A stretch of DNA of 63,484 nucleotides, the filler included. It is 6 parts of 6 records of this genome, joined end to end, with 100 filler letters (N's around TTAATTAATTAA, not from the genome) between each part and the next. Parts side by side here need not be neighbours in the genome. Positions count along the whole stretch, not along the records: positions 57,995 to 63,484 come from SRR20825019_2681; 5 more parts are not named here. One strand, 5' to 3'. Each line of letters starts with the position of its first letter. Position 1 is the stretch's first letter. The notes under the pieces are model-generated. The model was not told where the DNA came from and searched no databases. It worked only from the letters and a program-made list of their open reading frames with translations. The position numbers and the translations under genes are program-made. Of the stretch, positions 62,915-63,484 are shown piece after piece.

Positions 62915-63484
62915 ATGTTCTCGCGTTACCGCAAGGAAACCACGCCCTCGGGCCCCGCCAAACCGGAATCCCGCGCCGTCCCGGTGCATGAGATCGCCAG
63001 CGTCTCGCCCTCGTCGCAGCCCGAGCTGACGATGCCGCGCCCGGCGCCGCGTCCCAGCTTCAAGGCCACGCATGCGCAGCAGCCGATCGCCGCGCAACCG
63101 GCCGCCAATGACAAGGACCGCCGCCGCCGCCAGCGTATCCTGGAGGTGAAGTCGGAGCTGCACACAAGGCTGCTGGACAACCTGAACCTCGCAGCGCTCG
63201 ACACCGCGTCCGAGGCGGAACTGCGGGCCGAGATCGCCGCGATTTCCGCCGAAGCGCTGAGCGAAATCAACTTCGCCCTCACCTCGGAAGAGCGGCTGAC
63301 TTTGAACCAGGACCTCTATTTCGAGGTCCGGGGCCTCGGTCCGCTGGAGCCGCTGCTCAAGGACGACACGGTCAACGACATTCTGGTCAACGGCCCGAAC
63401 CGGGTCTTCGTCGAACGCGCGGGCAAGCTGACGCTGACCGATGTGACCTTCAAGGACGAACGCCACCTGCTGCGGATCATCGAC
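62915..63484 (+). CDS. cpaF: CpaF/TadA ATPase, N-terminal part (runs off the window)
   Basis: MFSRYRK...LHTRLLDNLNLAALD...GLGPLEPLLKDDTVNDILVNGP. Confidence 0.93.
   Translation, partial: MFSRYRKETTPSGPAKPESRAVPVHEIASVSPSSQPELTMPRPAPRPSFKATHAQQPIAAQPAANDKDRRRRQRILEVKSELHTRLLDNLNLAALDTASEAELRAEIAAISAEALSEINFALTSEERLTLNQDLYFEVRGLGPLEPLLKDDTVNDILVNGPNRVFVERAGKLTLTDVTFKDERHLLRIID

Noticed and set aside
59467-62916. Long antisense ORFs (59467..61398 and 61513..62916)
   Set aside because: Shadow frames of high-GC cpaC, ompA and cpaE genes with no recognisable motifs.

Overview
This window is not one locus. It is six contigs joined by 100-nt N-spacers that each contain the artificial all-frame stop linker TTAATTAATTAA. 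(1) 1-13270 is a compact-genome eukaryote (protist-like): a Clu-domain gene with three short introns lies divergent from an intronless VPS13 gene. (2) 13371-18664 is Rhodobacteraceae-like: purA, DUF2842, a VOC protein, a very acidic 710-aa protein, thiamine pyrophosphokinase, a DMT transporter and sdaA. (3) 18765-33341 is Verrucomicrobia/Opitutaceae-like: 7TM-HD, ybeY, DUF502, recO-like, a nuclease-XPD/DinG helicase fusion, pyrRBC, CPBP, thiL, tsaE, a thioesterase, a hypothetical protein and a desaturase. (4) 33442-52164 is probably the same eukaryote as contig 1, with intron-rich genes: RCC1-filamin, a membrane-anchored NEK-like kinase, a six-EF-hand protein, AP-1/2 beta adaptin, a small membrane protein and a USP-like protein. 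(5) 52265-57894 is Verrucomicrobia-like: four tandem lipoprotein paralogues (one decayed) and a MacB-type permease with a sigma-54 promoter. (6) 57995-63484 is a Rhodobacteraceae-like Tad/Cpa pilus locus. The most interesting signals are three same-frame GTMAC-N7-GTKAC palindromes translated inside loop insertions of the helicase, a NEK-like kinase with signal peptide and transmembrane helix rebuilt from short exons, and GC-rich CCGG islands upstream of each eukaryotic gene. Taxonomy and products are inferred from motifs and gene order only; no database search was run.
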